Source: Octopus vulgaris
Lineage: Eukaryota
Length of the DNA: 64,000 nucleotides
Reading direction: 5' to 3'
Assembly: GCA_951406725.2 (NCBI GenBank)
Contig: OX597826.1
Coordinates: forward strand, 15,500,001 to 15,564,000
Shown: positions 1 through 14,460 of the stretch, in pieces
How positions within the stretch are numbered: the stretch's first letter is position 1
Layout of the letters: every line of letters begins with the position of its first letter
Notes under the pieces: model-generated
Told to the model about the DNA's origin: nothing
What the model saw: only the letters and a program-made list of their open reading frames with translations
Databases searched by the model: none
Made by a program: the position numbers and the translations under genes

Positions 1-235
1 AAATTTCTTCTATAGCTTCAAGCTAACAAAAGCCTTGTGAGTGGATTTGGTAGACGCAAACCGAAAGAAGTCCGTCGTGTGTATGTGTCTGTTTGTATAT
101 ATCCATGTATATGTTTATGTGTGTGTGTGTATATATATATAGATATATATATATATGTATATATGTATATGCATATATATATATATACGTATATACACAT
201 ATGTATGTGTGTATATCGTGTATATATACATGTAC

Positions 236-269
<34 letters not shown>

Positions 270-492
270 GTGTGTGTTTTGCGTGTGTGTTTGTGCTTGT
301 GTTTTCCTTCTTCAACGCTTGACAACTGGCGCTGGTGTGCTTACGTTCCCATGAAAGAAAGAGGCCGATAGAATATTACCAGGCTTAAAGAAAAGAAGAA
401 AGTGCTGAGGTCGATTCATTCGGCTAAAAATTCTTCAAGGCAGTGCCCCAGCATGGCCACACTCAAATGACTGAAAGAAGCAAAAGATAAAA
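1..492 (+). mobile_element. tRNA-derived SINE (family A), 5'-truncated by window edge, with internal microsatellite
   Basis: AAAGCCTTGTGAGTGGATTTGGTAGACG...GAAAGAAG, then (TA/TG)n, then ...GTGCCCCAGCATGGCC...AAATGACTGAAA..AAAAG tail; matches reverse-complement copies at 23055-23448 and 27211-27622. Confidence 0.8.
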
Positions 493-888
493 CGGTAAAA
501 ATTTGGAATTGATTATTTCCTAACTAGCGTCATTTATCTCACACATCCAACTGCCTATAGAGTTACTTGAAATAACTACTAAATGTCGCACAACTCACAC
601 TGGATCAAGTTAGATATGAAGGACCTGGATAATGAAGCCTCAACTATACAGTATTCTGTAAATAAGACGAGCTGGTGATGGTGGAACATTACTGATCATA
701 GGTGAACTTGATCAGAGTACACCTGAATTAAACAACTATAAAAATTATATTACCACAAATAACCATCAATTCCAACGTCTTAAACATGTTACACATACTG
801 GAAATAATAACGTTGTTGTTGAATGATATGTATGATATTAATAGTTTGTACAGTATTTACTACACATAGAACAAAATGGAAAATGACT

Positions 889-1053
<165 letters not shown>

Positions 1054-2817
1054 CGTTATCGTGAAGTTATATATTTTACCGAAAGAAACAACATTTTTGT
1101 GCACGCAATCACAAATTGATCCATTATGGATAATACCTTTTCCACTTCTGATCTTTCCAAAAACAAATTATAATGAGACATAAAAAATACTGGCTCATAA
1201 ACACAATAAAAGAAGTCAAATTTTTTGTGTAGTTTCATTAAGAACACAAACAAACTTTTTCTTTGAATAGCATTGCCTAAAGCACCATCCTAATAAAAGA
1301 CTATATCTTTCCCATTCACTCCAGAGACATCTCTCATTCCCAATAGCGATAACGTCAATGGAGTCTCTATTTTAAAAAATAAATAAAACGGCTTGGATGC
1401 TGGGATTAAATAAGTACAGATGAACAGGTATTCGATTAACTGGGTGGTGGGGGCATGATGATATATCAGTCTGTGAAACTGCATTCTATGCCATTAACGA
1501 CTGTATGTGGAGCATACTAGCATCATAGACATATGTATTGTATTCAGTTTTCAGCCCTACTGTCAAAGGAGTGTAGATTTGCTCGATCAGGAATGATTTG
1601 AGGGCTACTCAATATTATAAACATAGCGTATCTAATCCACCCAAGTTGGTGTTTCCATATTTTGGCCATAACGTAAGATTATACTGAATTATTTTCTTAT
1701 TAAACATACTTGCTAAATTTTTACTGTCTAACATAGTATGTTTATAAAATATTGTTCTCTATTAACCTTAACATTAGGGATGAAACATTTGATATTTATA
1801 TCTACTCTATATTTCGATCTGCAAAATCACGATCATTACCAAATGTTTTTTATTACTAGATTTTAGACATAGTGCCAGACTAGATTCGAGCTAGAAACCT
1901 TTATTTCTAAAGGTTTATAACATTGCTATTCAGTAGATCATTAACGACTGTTTGACTTCTGATGATGACTTGAGATCAAACTATTGAAATATAGTGTAGA
2001 TGTAATTCTTAAAAAAATATTTAATCTAAAAAAATGTGGTTAGGAATTCTAAAATATCTACAGAAGTATTTTTGGTTTCCGAATATCGTCTGGATATCTC
2101 CACTAGTTTTCTACTCACGAAGCGATAACACTGACCAAATCATCAGCTTTCTAAATAATCTTATCTGAAATCGGACATTTAATCAACTATTATCGAATCT
2201 GTTCCAAGTGAATTAAGTAACTGATGCTATTTAAAAATCCTATAAATAACTTTCGACACGTGAGTCAACTAATACTTCAAATCAAGTATATATTTGGAAA
2301 TCTGCTAGTTTTAAGCGAAGCACGAAACAGATTTGCCTACATTGTGACCCTTTTGGAACAGCAAAACAGATGCTTGAAATAATGCACCTCGATATATTTG
2401 TACTCGTTTATCCTTCAAGCAACCCCACCTCAACCAAACTTCAAGTAGTTTACTTTTAGCTGTGCTGCAGCAATACAGATGAAGTCAACTAACATTACCA
2501 ATGAAGAGCTGAATAATCAATATTACAACACCAACTAGCACCAGTTCGTTCTTTGAACAGCCTCAAGACATTTCATCATCCCAAATTACAGATGGACCAA
2601 ATGATATTTTGCGAAGAGAATTTCTATTATTTGTGAAGAGTTTTCAATCCCATGATATTGTTCCACATAAAACTGATCAACAAAGGTTCAAAGAAAAAGT
2701 GGGGAGAGGATGATAGAGATGTAGCCTCCTGAAACAAGATGACCTTTAGCGAGGTTTTCCTGAACACTGAGTGCAAGTGGCCTCTTCAATTCCTTCTCCT
2801 CGACTCACAGGTCTACA

Positions 2818-3410
2818 CTTAGAGAAGTACCAGCCAGCCTTGCCGTTTTCGCAACTTTCCAATATACTCACTTGAAGATAGCACTTCCCTCTCTACCCGC
2901 AACTTCTTTTTCAAGTGAAATTTAAAGTCAATGAGAGTTCTACCAAAGAGGAATGTATCTATCCACATGCCTTTCAGCCTTGTCCACCAAACAACTTCTT
3001 TCGCCGCGGCCACAAGGTAAAAGAAAGCTGCCTTCGTTCCTGATTGAAGGAGGGTGGCGGGAATATCGTCACTACAGACTCGGCCATTAATGGGATCCGT
3101 CCCACACGTGAAAGCTGCTGTTTGACATAACCCCACAAGTCAGCAATGCCAGGACAGTGCATAAGTGCGTGCAGAACGGTTTCGTCACTTTGCGCTCTCC
3201 TCGAATAAGACCATCTGTCAGCTCATACGTACCTGTAGATTTTATTTCGACCCTGTGGTGCCCCCCGGTAGCACAGCCAGATCAAGGATATCTGGAAATT
3301 AGCCATGATAGTTACCGACCGGACAATCCTTCGGAACAGACTCGCCAGTTCGTGTTTGTCGACGCCCAGAGTCTTCCCGAGAACGTCGTTGCACTTGCTC
3401 GCCACTAATA
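2818..3410 (-). mobile_element. Tx1/L1-like LINE ORF2 C-terminal fragment (zf-RVT region), degenerate
   Basis: Minus-strand peptides SLIWLCYRGAPQGRNKIYRY, QSDETVLHALMHCPGIADLWGYV and AAAKEVVWWTRLKG...FKFHLKKKLRVEREVL resemble the Tx1-type zinc knuckle (ET..H....C....W) and C-terminus; frameshifted; GC-richer than flanks. Confidence 0.75.
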
Positions 3411-3668
3411 CTCTATAAATTTCTAAATCGGAGCATTCACCCACCCCACCGCTCAGCTGGTGGAGGGCTGTGAGCACCTGGCGATAATCTGGGTGCCAGA
3501 ATAACAATAAGTGAACAACGCATACCATCAAAATGACACTAGGTTACAAATATACGAAACCCATTATATATAAGAATCATGACTAATTGTCTGATAAGGA
3601 TACACCAGGCACATGCATCACAACCATTTGTGCGCGACATAGAGACCTCCTGTCAAGATAAGCAGCGC

Positions 3669-3689
3669 ATCATCATCATCACCACCACC

Positions 3690-3760
<71 letters not shown>

Positions 3761-3915
3761 CATCACCCTCATTATTATTATTATTATCATTATTATTACA
3801 CCGACTCCAGCTGGGTTCTAGGGTCGGTGTAATTGACTAGCCAATTGCACAAAATTTCAGGCCCGTACCTTCAATAGAAAGGATCGCTATAATAATAATA
3901 ATAATAATGATGATG

Positions 3916-3998
<83 letters not shown>

Positions 3999-4008
3999 TA
4001 TTATTATA

Positions 4009-4068
<60 letters not shown>

Positions 4069-4118
4069 GTTGTTGTTGTTGTTGTTGTTGTTGCTGTTGT
4101 TAGTGTTGTCGTTGTCGT
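3669..4118. repeat. Compound triplet microsatellites (CAT/CAC/TTA, then TAA/TTA/TTG) around a SINE 3' fragment
   Basis: Direct reading; 3812-3890 matches the 3' part of the SINE at 4131-4350. Confidence 0.9.
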
Positions 4119-4130
4119 TCTTATAATGAG

Positions 4131-4350
4131 GGCGTCTAGCTGGCAGAATCGTTAGCACACCGGGCGAAATGCTTAGCGGTAATTCGTTTACCGTTACGTT
4201 CTGACTTCTAATTCCTCCGAGGTCGACTTTGCCTTTCATCTTTCCAGATTCAATAAATTAAATACCAGATGCGTACTGGCTCGATCTAATCGCCTGGCCC
4301 CCTCCACCAACATTTCAGGACTTGTGCCTATAATAGAAAGGATTGTTATT
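4131..4350 (+). mobile_element. tRNA-derived SINE (family B)
   Basis: A-box-like TGGCAGAATCG, degenerate B box, central GAGGTCGACTTTGCCTTTCATC motif shared with 6891-7100, 9978-10186 and 58473-58675. Confidence 0.8.
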
Positions 4351-4696
4351 GTTATCATTATTACTACCTTTTTAAATATTTCTTTACAGAATGAAAATTC
4401 CATTCCAAAGAAAATAGTTTACATAAACTTTGTTTCTATGTGAGTAATATTGCTTTATATGCGTTGTTATGTATATATGTCGATGAATAGTGATATATAG
4501 CCTAAAACTCAGTTTCTCAGAAATTAATATGAAACTATATTTCGAAGAAATTTATTGGAATGTTGGTAGATAAGAACAGAATCTGTAAGCATGACATACA
4601 AATATGACGGATATCAAATGATAAGCAGGGATGCGTGTGAGTTTGCATGGCTATGTATCTATGTGTAGGCACATATAAGCACGGAAATGTGTGTGT

Positions 4697-4735
<39 letters not shown>

Positions 4736-5270
4736 TGGTTGTGTGTATGTTGACTAACATACACACTGCGCGCGCGCGCACACTCTCAGACAAACGCCCA
4801 CAAAGATATATAAATGCGCAAATGTACTTCTGTATATTTTTGATCATTGGACTACAGCCAAGTTAAGAAGCACCTATCATAACATTTATCGATGAAATCA
4901 AGTCCAGTACATATTTTTGAAAACATCTGTTGCATATTATATCGATTCTTTGTCCCGAACCGCTACGTAAGGTGGTAACAGAAAAACAAATTAATGTTGC
5001 CTGTCAGTCGTGAGAGATAAAGGAAAAACCATACTAACACATACATACTGATACATATAGAGATACACACAAAACACAGAGACAAAACCACACACATACA
5101 CACACAGATACGTGGGGTATTTGTACATTTTTCTACTTCTTAATTCACATATACGTTGCTCGTGGATCAGTGGCTATTGTGAAATGCCTTTACAAAAAGA
5201 GTGGTATATGTACATCGAACCCGGAGCCTGAATGCACCAATACTAGCATCAACACACACGCACACACACA

Positions 5271-5316
<46 letters not shown>

Positions 5317-6890
5317 ACACATACACATACACACTCACAGAGACTTGCACGTACCAATATTTCATCAGTGTACGCTACGACTGCAAATGACAAAAAAATT
5401 CCGTAACTGAACTGGTTGATCCTGGCTGTTAACAGTTGCTTCGTCTTTCACCTCACTTTGCATCTAATTATATTCGCCAATGACCCAATAAGTTAATCGA
5501 CCGAAATAATTCACATCCCCCATGCATCTCACGATCTCATCATATCCCTGGATTTGCTGGTTGCAGGGTGCTAAGCTTTGTAAAGGGGCTACCCGTCGGT
5601 TGGTCCACAGTTATTTATTCCCATATTCAAAGAAGATTTCTCTTTCGTGCTAATTAACCTTAAAACTCGGAAAGGTGTTACTAGTCCGAGTTACAGTAAA
5701 TCTGGGAACAATAGTGGTTAAGAAGTTATTCTACACTCTTCAAAACCCTCGAACTCTCGAACCAGGTCACCATTTGTGGACGTATTTTAAAGTAATTTCC
5801 AAGTACATACATACATAGAAAGTAGAAAAGATACCCATCAAAGAGAGAGGTTGAGTAAAATATGGAAGTGTGATATATAAGATTGATGGAAGAGAAGCAG
5901 AGAATAACAAATTCATAAAGACGTGAGGAAATAAGTTGCCTATTGCTGCCAAAATGCTAGAAATAAATGTGTATGTGTGTAGATATATGCACTGTAAAAT
6001 GGTTTACACGAGAAAGGAAGAGAGAACATGATCAAAGTTTGACTAAATTTAACATATTTTCCATGCCCGATCGTAACCAGTTAGTCATATAATATACTCG
6101 CTGGTATTATACATTTGGCTAAATATAAAGGATTATTTCTTTCTATGTATTTCGGATAACACGAAGCAAAGAGTAGCTTTTCTTCATGTCAGACGGCTTT
6201 TAATAATATATGTCAGTCTCATTTCGGTCGTTGACTTTTGTTATGAAACAATCTAAAATGTATATTTACTTTAACCTGTATTCCATCGGGAATTGAATAA
6301 GTTACACCGAACCCGGAGCCATTAAACAGCATCGTATGTCCATTTAATTCCTGTATGTCGCCATCTTAAAAAAAAAAAAAAAAGTAGCAATAGATATATT
6401 TTCAAGTTCTTTTATATATTCACGAATGTGCTTCTATATTTTCTAGCAATCCTTCATACATTGTACTTTCAAATACCCCATAAATAGATTCTCACAGACT
6501 TTAGTAGTTCCAGATTTTTGTCGGTAACAGTAAAAGTTGAAATGGCCATTTTAGACTGTTCATTTCAATCCTTCTAGCATTACTTGTTTACTGCATTTTC
6601 TGAGACTAGAATCTTCTTTATCACAGAGCTGAAGATGTTTTCTTGAAAGATCACTACATCAAGATACAATAAGTATTTCTTTGATTGGTTTTGAAGAAGT
6701 ACTCCTGCACATCGAGATTCTCTATAATTAAACTTTAATGATGTTTCAGAAGTAGTATCAATAACACGTTCAAAACATATTCACATTTTGCATTTGCGGA
6801 CTTTTTACAGACTTCCCTCTATATTTTGCATGTGTGATGTTTTGCTAGCAGTACAAAAGATGAGATTTATATTTATAATTTAGTTATAAG

Positions 6891-7100
6891 ACGGTGAGTT
6901 GGCGGAATCATAGCACACCGGACATAGTGCTTAGCGGCATTTCATCCGTCTTTACGTTCTCCGTTCAAATTCTACCGAGGTCGATTTTGAATTTCTTCTT
7001 TGTGGAGTTGATGAAAGAAGTACCAGTTGAGCTCTGGGGGTCTGCGTAATCGATTTCTCCCTCCTCTGAAATTGCTGGCTTTGAACCAAAATTTAATACC
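6891..7100 (+). mobile_element. SINE family B copy
   Basis: TGGCGGAATC...GTTCAAATTCTACCGAGGTCGA...AGTACCAGTTGAG; homologous to 4131-4350. Confidence 0.75.
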
Positions 7101-7724
7101 TATAGTTATAACAAGTTACATTCTCATATTCGTTCTCGACTAATCCTTGCAGGTATAAGTGTAAAATATCAAAGAATTATTCAATTCTTACTCTTGATTG
7201 TAATATTTAAGATGTACACAGTGTATATCGTTGATTAACATTTACCAAAAGTACATAATTTTAATACTATATCCACCAATTTAACTGCTCTCCTTCTATC
7301 AAGCTATCTTTCTCATCCTTCTCATACATCGATACATGCATACATACACACAGTCATTCATACATACATATATACATGCTAACAAACATACATAAGATCT
7401 AGGGCACACATACAGCCATAAATACATAAACATAAAAATAAATATGTATGTACATACAAACGTACAAAGTTAAAGATATAAACTGAAATCTTTATGAGAA
7501 TATAGAATATATGAAGTAATAAATTACTGGATAATTTCAAATCACATTATTACTAGTGGTTTCACCCTTCGATATCTCTGTGGGTTGGATATCTTAATGT
7601 TTGTCTGTTGCTGATTATTAAAATCAAAATACCGATAAATCATTTTCTCAGTCTTGTAAATAATGAATCATATTTTACACTTTATTTGAAGGTTTATTTA
7701 TGAGTGTATGTACATAAATATCAA

Positions 7725-8548
7725 CAGGGTGGGGCAGAGAGGACAGACGTTTTCCTAATGGCTATTACCAAGCTTTAGGAGGTGGGGACATATCTCCAAC
7801 AGGTACCATTCGTTCCATGGTGTCTTAGCACATATTTTTCTTTTCAGGTGAAGCCATGTTACTGTGGATGACAGAGCCTCGCGTGTCTGCCTCCAACAGT
7901 TACGTGAAGATTAACGAGTCTACCACAGCAGTTCAGCGTGAGTTTCGGCGCCACTACATTCACCTAAATCAGGCTGTTCCCACCCGTAACACAATCTTAC
8001 TTTGGGTTAATGTATTTCGTACACGAGGTACACTAATGAACAGAAGACTGATGGGGGCGCCACAAACGGTACTGACACCGGAAAATTTGGAACGCGACAG
8101 ACAATCTTTGATACGGAGTCCGAAATGTTTTGCTCGGAAGCTTTCCACTGAACTTGGCATCGGTGACCGATCGGTAAGTCATATTTTGCATGAAGGTCTT
8201 CATTACCACCCAAATTGGTCATCTGGCAACAGTTGAAGCCACGGGACTATGCACAGCGGTTTAACTGCGCATGTGACATGAGATGGAATCAGTTTTTGAG
8301 GCAAATGGCAACCTCATTTTGCTAATGAGAGATGAAGCGCATTTTCATCTTAATGGCATCGTGAATCGGCAGAACTGTCGTTGTTGGGCGCTCGAAAATC
8401 CGAGAGAATTGCCTGAAAGACCACTGCACAGCCCAAATTGACGGTCTGGTGTACTGTTAGAAAATCTGCCGTCATTGGTCCTTACTTTTTTTAAGACAGT
8501 AATGGAAATGCTGTTACTTTGAACTTCGAGCGTTACATATCAACGCTA
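7725..8548 (+). mobile_element. Tc1/mariner-superfamily transposon remnant (DUF4817-type HTH plus first catalytic Asp region), 3'-truncated
   Basis: CAGGGTGGGG TIR-like start; ORF 7856-8236 (VQREFRRHY..PTRNTILLWV..F..RG..GAPQTVLTPEN..SPK..ARKLS.ELGI) followed in a shifted frame by DEAHFHLNGIVNRQNCRCWA.ENP and IGPYFF. Confidence 0.85.
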
Positions 8549-8925
8549 ACACGGCTCCTTGCGCATTCGATTCAGCAGGATCACTCACCCATAAATGTCA
8601 GTCAAATTTTATGTATAGTACTACGTATAATATTTGTAGACGAACCCGGAGGCTTGATATGTGACGGAGAAAAAGCGACTACAAAAGTCCGTTTTATACA
8701 ATAATAACTTTATAATAATATATCATAATAATAATAAAAGACAGACAAGGCATGTGAAGGAGATATAATGGAAAGCGGAAATGTGAGAAGAGTGATAAAA
8801 TGAAAAGAATTTTAGTGGAATAAAGTAGTGGTGTGTGGGTTGGCTTAGAAAATATATAAAAATATTGTTAGAAAGTAAAGCAGATAAAGAGACGAGTAAG
8901 AGAAAAGAAATTTGTAGCAGAGTTG

Positions 8926-8973
<48 letters not shown>

Positions 8974-9305
8974 TATTTATTTATTTCTATATTTACATAC
9001 ATACATCCAATTACACACGCACGTGTGTTTGCAATTGTATCTATGCATGTACTCATATATATATATGACACCCAAACGCACACACAAACACACACACACA
9101 CACACACACAACCACACACACACATATATATATATGAGCATGTGTTTAGGTTTGACACCTAGAGTGTGAGAAGAGTTGGTTGCTGGAGTTTGTGCGGGAT
9201 GCCGGATTTAAGATGGAATAATCTCTGTGCTGATGTATTGAGGAAGCAACACCTGTCCCCTTATGTCCCTTAGGAATTTAATCCCATTTTTCTAAATGCA
9301 ATACC

Positions 9306-9341
<36 letters not shown>

Positions 9342-9501
9342 CATACATATGAGAGGGATGACCACTAAGTAGACATCCATTATGCTAGAAGCTGACCCCT
9401 TATGGACTTACCACTAAGAAGTTAATGTTCTCAAGAAAATTTAGCAAACGCCAGAATGCAAGCGAGCAAGACAAATGGAAAGATACAAAATATACAGATT
9501 A

Positions 9502-9573
9502 ATCACAAACCCGATTTCGCTGTCACCACTTACGTAATCACTTACGTAGATGTCCGCAACTCGTCAGTGTGAT
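9502..9573 (-). ncRNA. Type I hammerhead ribozyme motif in a PLE-like cassette (~9348-9600)
   Basis: Minus strand: atcaca CTGACGA gttg...cagc GAAA tcggg TT tgtgat; stem I 6 bp perfect, stem II 4 bp, minimal stem III. Confidence 0.7.
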
Positions 9574-9616
9574 CATTATAGCAAAATATAATTTGCAGAA
9601 CTATATATATATATAC

Positions 9617-9920
9617 TTTTTCTCTTTTATTCCTTACTTGTTTCAATCATAAGACTGCGGCCGCAGTAGAGATCCAGGTTTAAGTATTTCAGTACGATGT
9701 ACTTTTTTTTCAGCTTGGTACATGCACACACACACACACGCAGACGTACATGCGCGCACACACAAACACATCTGTTTCTATCTACCGAATCCATTCACAA
9801 GGCTTTGGTCGGCCTACCTCTATCGCAGAAGGCAAACGTCCCAGGTTCAACCTAGTGGGACTTAATTCGGAAGCATGTATTTGGAAAGCAAAATTCTTTC
9901 TACACAATCACCTTTGCACC
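9617..9920 (-). mobile_element. SINE family A, degenerate
   Basis: TCTACCGAATCCATTCACAAGGCTTTGGTCGGCC matches 27484-27516. Confidence 0.7.
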
Positions 9921-9977
9921 TGATTTGTTTCCCAATAGATTCGTCATGCAGTGAGACACACATGTAGATATTAAGAT

Positions 9978-10186
9978 ATTCTTTTCTACTTTAGGCACAA
10001 GGCCCGAAATTTTTGGGAAGGGGGCCAGTCGATGAGATCGACCCAGGTATGCAACTTAATTTATCGACCAGTACTTAATTAATCGACCCCGAAAGGATGA
10101 AAGACAAAGTCGACGTCGGCGGAATTTGAACTCCGAACGTAAAAACAGACGAAATACCGCTAACGTTTCTGCCACCTCGTTGCCTT
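9978..10186 (-). mobile_element. SINE family B copy
   Basis: CGACCCCGAAAGGATGAAAGACAAAGTCGAC..GGCGGAATTTGAAC is the reverse complement of the family B core and B box. Confidence 0.8.
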
Positions 10187-10695
10187 AAGATATTAAGATA
10201 TTAACTTATTTATTCAACCATTTTCTGAATAACAATACCCAAGGAGATATGAACTAACCTAGTGACACTGAACTGTGTCTATTAATCTCGATCCCTCGTC
10301 ACTGTCAGTACAGGGAGAGTTTGTGATAAACTGATCTTATGTATTTTGATGTTTTATGATTGAACATGAAACACTAAATTTTTGAAGAGTCTACTGCCAT
10401 AAAGTTGATCCATAAAATGCTCATGTAAACTGCACTTGTAAATTGTAATTATGGAATGCAATCATGAAGTGCCACTTTGTTGAACATAAATCGCTCGAAT
10501 TTTCCCTTTATTCTTTATTCAATTAATTGTTTGTTTTATTGCTTTCAAGATCGAAAAACAAATTTAGTTATTAATTAATACATTCTCTGATCTTTGCATA
10601 TTCCATCGCTAATGACGTCACATGTTCATAGTCCATATAAACAGAAGCATACGCTCATATTTCGTATAGTCAGAGACAACATTATATTCCATATA

Positions 10696-11314
10696 CTAGG
10701 TCTGATCAATAAATATCCGGACTGTTGCCATAATAACGAAGCTAAATTATGCAGGGTAAAGCTGTGTCGCAAAGATTGACCTTGAACTCTGCTTACGTTC
10801 TAGTTCACTTTCACTGTTTACAGCAGTGCTTGGAAGGAAAGTGCGTAGTATGTGATAGCTCCATTGACCATGACAGAGAAAGTTGTCATTGGCAATATAT
10901 GCTCAGAGGCCTGTGCAAAGTTGAAAAGTTCAGTTCAGTCCATTATTACTGAAGATTTGGGTATGAGAGATATGTCTGCCAAGTTTGTGCCAAAACTACT
11001 TTCAGCTGATGAAAAAGACACTCGGGTTGCAGTTGCACAAGATCTCATTGATTGTGTCGAGAGCGATGAAAACTTATATAAAACTTGGCGTAGGCCTCTG
11101 AGCAGATATCGTCAAGATTTTGACAAAATTTGATGCGCAAATTTCTTATAGTGACGATCTCACTCTACATACCTTCCTTCCAAGCATTGCTGTAAACAGC
11201 GAAAGTGAGCTAGAACGTTAAAACTAAGTGCACATCTTTGCCAAGCGGTTTCACTCTGCGTGCTTTAGATTTGATACTATGGCAACAGTCCTGATACATA
11301 TTGATCAGACCACG
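10696..11314 (+). mobile_element. Internally deleted mariner element with long imperfect TIRs and TA target duplication
   Basis: TA|CTAGGTCTGATCAAT ... ATTGATCAGACCACG|TA; inverted arms extend ~170 bp; internal peptide SSVQSIITEDLGMRDMSAKFVPKLLSADEK carries the mariner WVPxxL-like linker. Confidence 0.88.
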
Positions 11315-12967
11315 TATAGAAAAAAACACACACGTAAACTACCTATTAGAGAAACACTCTCGTACAATCTGCATGTGCATACACACTTGTGCCTTCAGAT
11401 AACATACACCACTATATATAATCTAACACAAAGTATCGTATTCTGCTTACAAGGAAATGGAAGCACAAGCGTAAGCTTTCCCTACACAAATACACTTAGA
11501 TGCATCTATATACATGCGAGCACAAAAATCATATATAAGAACATAGATACTCCCACACACGTTCTCTCCATGTGCACAGAAAACAGGGACACACTCGCCA
11601 TGTAAGGAGCCATAAGCATGCAGATACTGTGACACGTACATTTGCATATGAACAGATAAACTCCCTATTAATAAACACAGAATTACACTGATGCACATGC
11701 ATAAACACATTCACCCATCTACACTCGCCTACATGCAGGTGAGGACTCATGATATGGGAACACAGAGAGACTGATACACACAAAAATCTATATATTATAA
11801 GTTAAGAATTACGCAGAGACACACTCAAACTTCGCATATAAGTAAATGCACACATACAGGCACACATACACACACGCGTGCTTATGCACAAGAAGTCACA
11901 TAGTTTGCAATATAGAGAAAAATGTATGCATACACACGTAGCATCGTGATTGAATAATCATCCACGAATCAATAAATAAGCGAAAATATGACAGTATGAA
12001 GGAATATAGATATTCGTGTTTCTAAAGAAGAAAATGGTAATTTGTGTTCGCATCAATTGGAAAACCTGGCCAAAGAGTGTAGAAAGGATAATATTCCCTT
12101 TTACGGCTTCTCCTAGAATTCTGATAATGGAAAAATCAAGAAACAGAAATGATGCTGCGAGATGAGAATCATTTTGCAGCATAGAAATTATCTGAACTTT
12201 CGTATAAGAAAAGGGTTAAAATACTGCTACGAAGCGAAAAACACACAAAAAGCACATAACCATCTTTGTCTAATTTTCTTTCATACACTTAAATGAGTTC
12301 ATTTCACAAGAGAAGAGGTAAAGGTTAATTTGAAAAGCATCCCATTTTATGAGGAAATTGAATCACGTGAATTTGTTGGTAAATGTATCGCTATTCCTAC
12401 ATGCTGAATATGTTTATTGGAAAAGCTAAACTTGTAAGAGATCTTAATCAGCAGGAGAAACCTCATTAATATATATTTTAATTAAAATATATATTAAACA
12501 TTCAATAATGCTTAACATTTCTCTCGTAAAGTATTAACTTTTATATTACCCTGAAATGACGGCGATAAAAATAAGAGTAGGGTTGCATCAAAAACAAAGG
12601 AACGAAGTGATGCAAAGTAGGCTAAAATGTCAATGTCACGGTACTACTACAATTAGAGTGTGAATAATTTGATAGAGGCTTCCACATATTTTATGCCTGT
12701 TAGGCTACCGACTCAAACACAATCATAATGATATTCCGCAAAATGATGGTAATAATAGGAGCAAGCATTTGAAACCATGTGGTTTCGAGTTCCGCTGAAT
12801 AACACGCGTGCTGAGCGTTCTTTTATAGCCCTGGGACGACCAATGACTTGTGAGTCAATTCAGTGGACGGAAACTGTGTGGAGATCTTTGTAATTACACA
12901 CGCGCGCACACACATGGACTGCAACAGCTGAAGTACAACCGTTTCATAGCAAAGTAAACTAGTTTAG

Positions 12968-13042
<75 letters not shown>

Positions 13043-13043
13043 A

Positions 13044-13358
13044 AGGCGCATGGCTCAGTGGTTAGAGCGTCGAGCTTACGATCGTGGGGTTGTGAGCTCG
13101 AATCCCGGACCGGGCTGCGCGTTGTGTTCTTGAGCAAGACACTTTATTTCACGTTGCTCCAGTTCAATCCGCTGTAGAAATGTGTTGCGAAGTCACAGGT
13201 GCCAAGCTGTATCAGCCTCTTTGCCTTTCCCTTGGATAACCTTGGAGAGAGGAGGCCGGTGTGCATGGGTGACTGCTGGTCTTCCATAAACAACCTTGCC
13301 CGGACTTGTGACATTCTAGGTGCAAGCCCATGGTCAGTGTCGTGACCGAAGGGGTCCC
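13044..13358 (+). mobile_element. tRNA-derived SINE (family C), well preserved, between microsatellites
   Basis: A box TGGCTCAGTGG, B box-like GCTCGAATCC, CORE-like TTCTTGAGCAAGACACTTTATTTC. Confidence 0.8.
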
Positions 13359-13363
13359 AGGCC

Positions 13364-13407
<44 letters not shown>

Positions 13408-14460
13408 ACGCGCACATGCATGTGTGTGCATGTGTTCGTGCGTGCGCATGTAGGTATGTGTGTGTGTGTGTGTATATGTGTCTGTCTTTACATTTGTGTT
13501 CCTTTGCTACATTGCTTGGAAATTGCTGTTGGTGTGTTTGCGTTACTCTAACTTAGGGTTTCCGTGAAACAGGCCATAAAGTAAGTAAGAGAATTAAACA
13601 AGAGATGCTGGGATCGACTTGTTCGACTAATTCCGTAAATGCAGTGCCCCAATATGACCGCAGTCCAATTTCTGAAGCAAACACAAGAAACGATTAAACA
13701 TAATAATTGTATATCTATTAATTCTGTTCGGAGTAGAGTTAACTAAAGAGATAATTTTTGAGTCAATATCTTAATTATTCAATTTGGTGTCGAAGCTAAT
13801 CGAATCTACATGTTAATCAGTACCAAAACATGACAATATTCATGTCTGTGAGTCGGAAAACTTAGACTGAAATGTTACGATGATTTAATAGACTAGTCAA
13901 ACTATTAGACTAATCAAACGATCTATTTAAAGAAAGAGAATGTGAATCTGTAGGGTTCATGTGTCCCTCTTTAGAATAGGACGTTTATTTAAATAGATTA
14001 TTCTTAATAGAGATCGCCAAGATTAACCTATGGTCAAATCACCATTTCCGCTGACAATTGATCAATTGTACAGCTGAAAAGTAATTATCTATCTTGAGTT
14101 CATCTTCTGGTAAATCCCTGCTAGATTTCCAGTGCGGTTTAGTAATTTACAATAAATTATCAGCTATCGTTATCGGAGACTAAAGGGGTAGCGAAAGTAG
14201 TGACATATTTACACCTTCTTTGACGTCACAAAAATAACATCACATTCTCCGCATTCGTATCCAGCCATCAAGTCTCAATATTATCCTATTTCTCTATAAT
14301 GCACAAAGATCTTATTCTTATTCACAATTCATGAAGGTGGATGTCATGATGGTTACGTTGTTGCAATTAGGATCGCAAGGTCGTAGTTTCAATTCATAGA
14401 CCGGTTTGTGATCTTAAGCAAAACACTTCATCTCACATTGTTCTGTAATCACTCCTTGTA

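Noticed and set aside
1955-2005. HHR-like CTGATGA...GAAAtatagtgTA
   Set aside because: Stems I and II do not pair convincingly; possibly a decayed copy, not counted
13044-13120. tRNA gene
   Set aside because: A/B boxes continue into a SINE body and there is no convincing acceptor stem; treated as a SINE head
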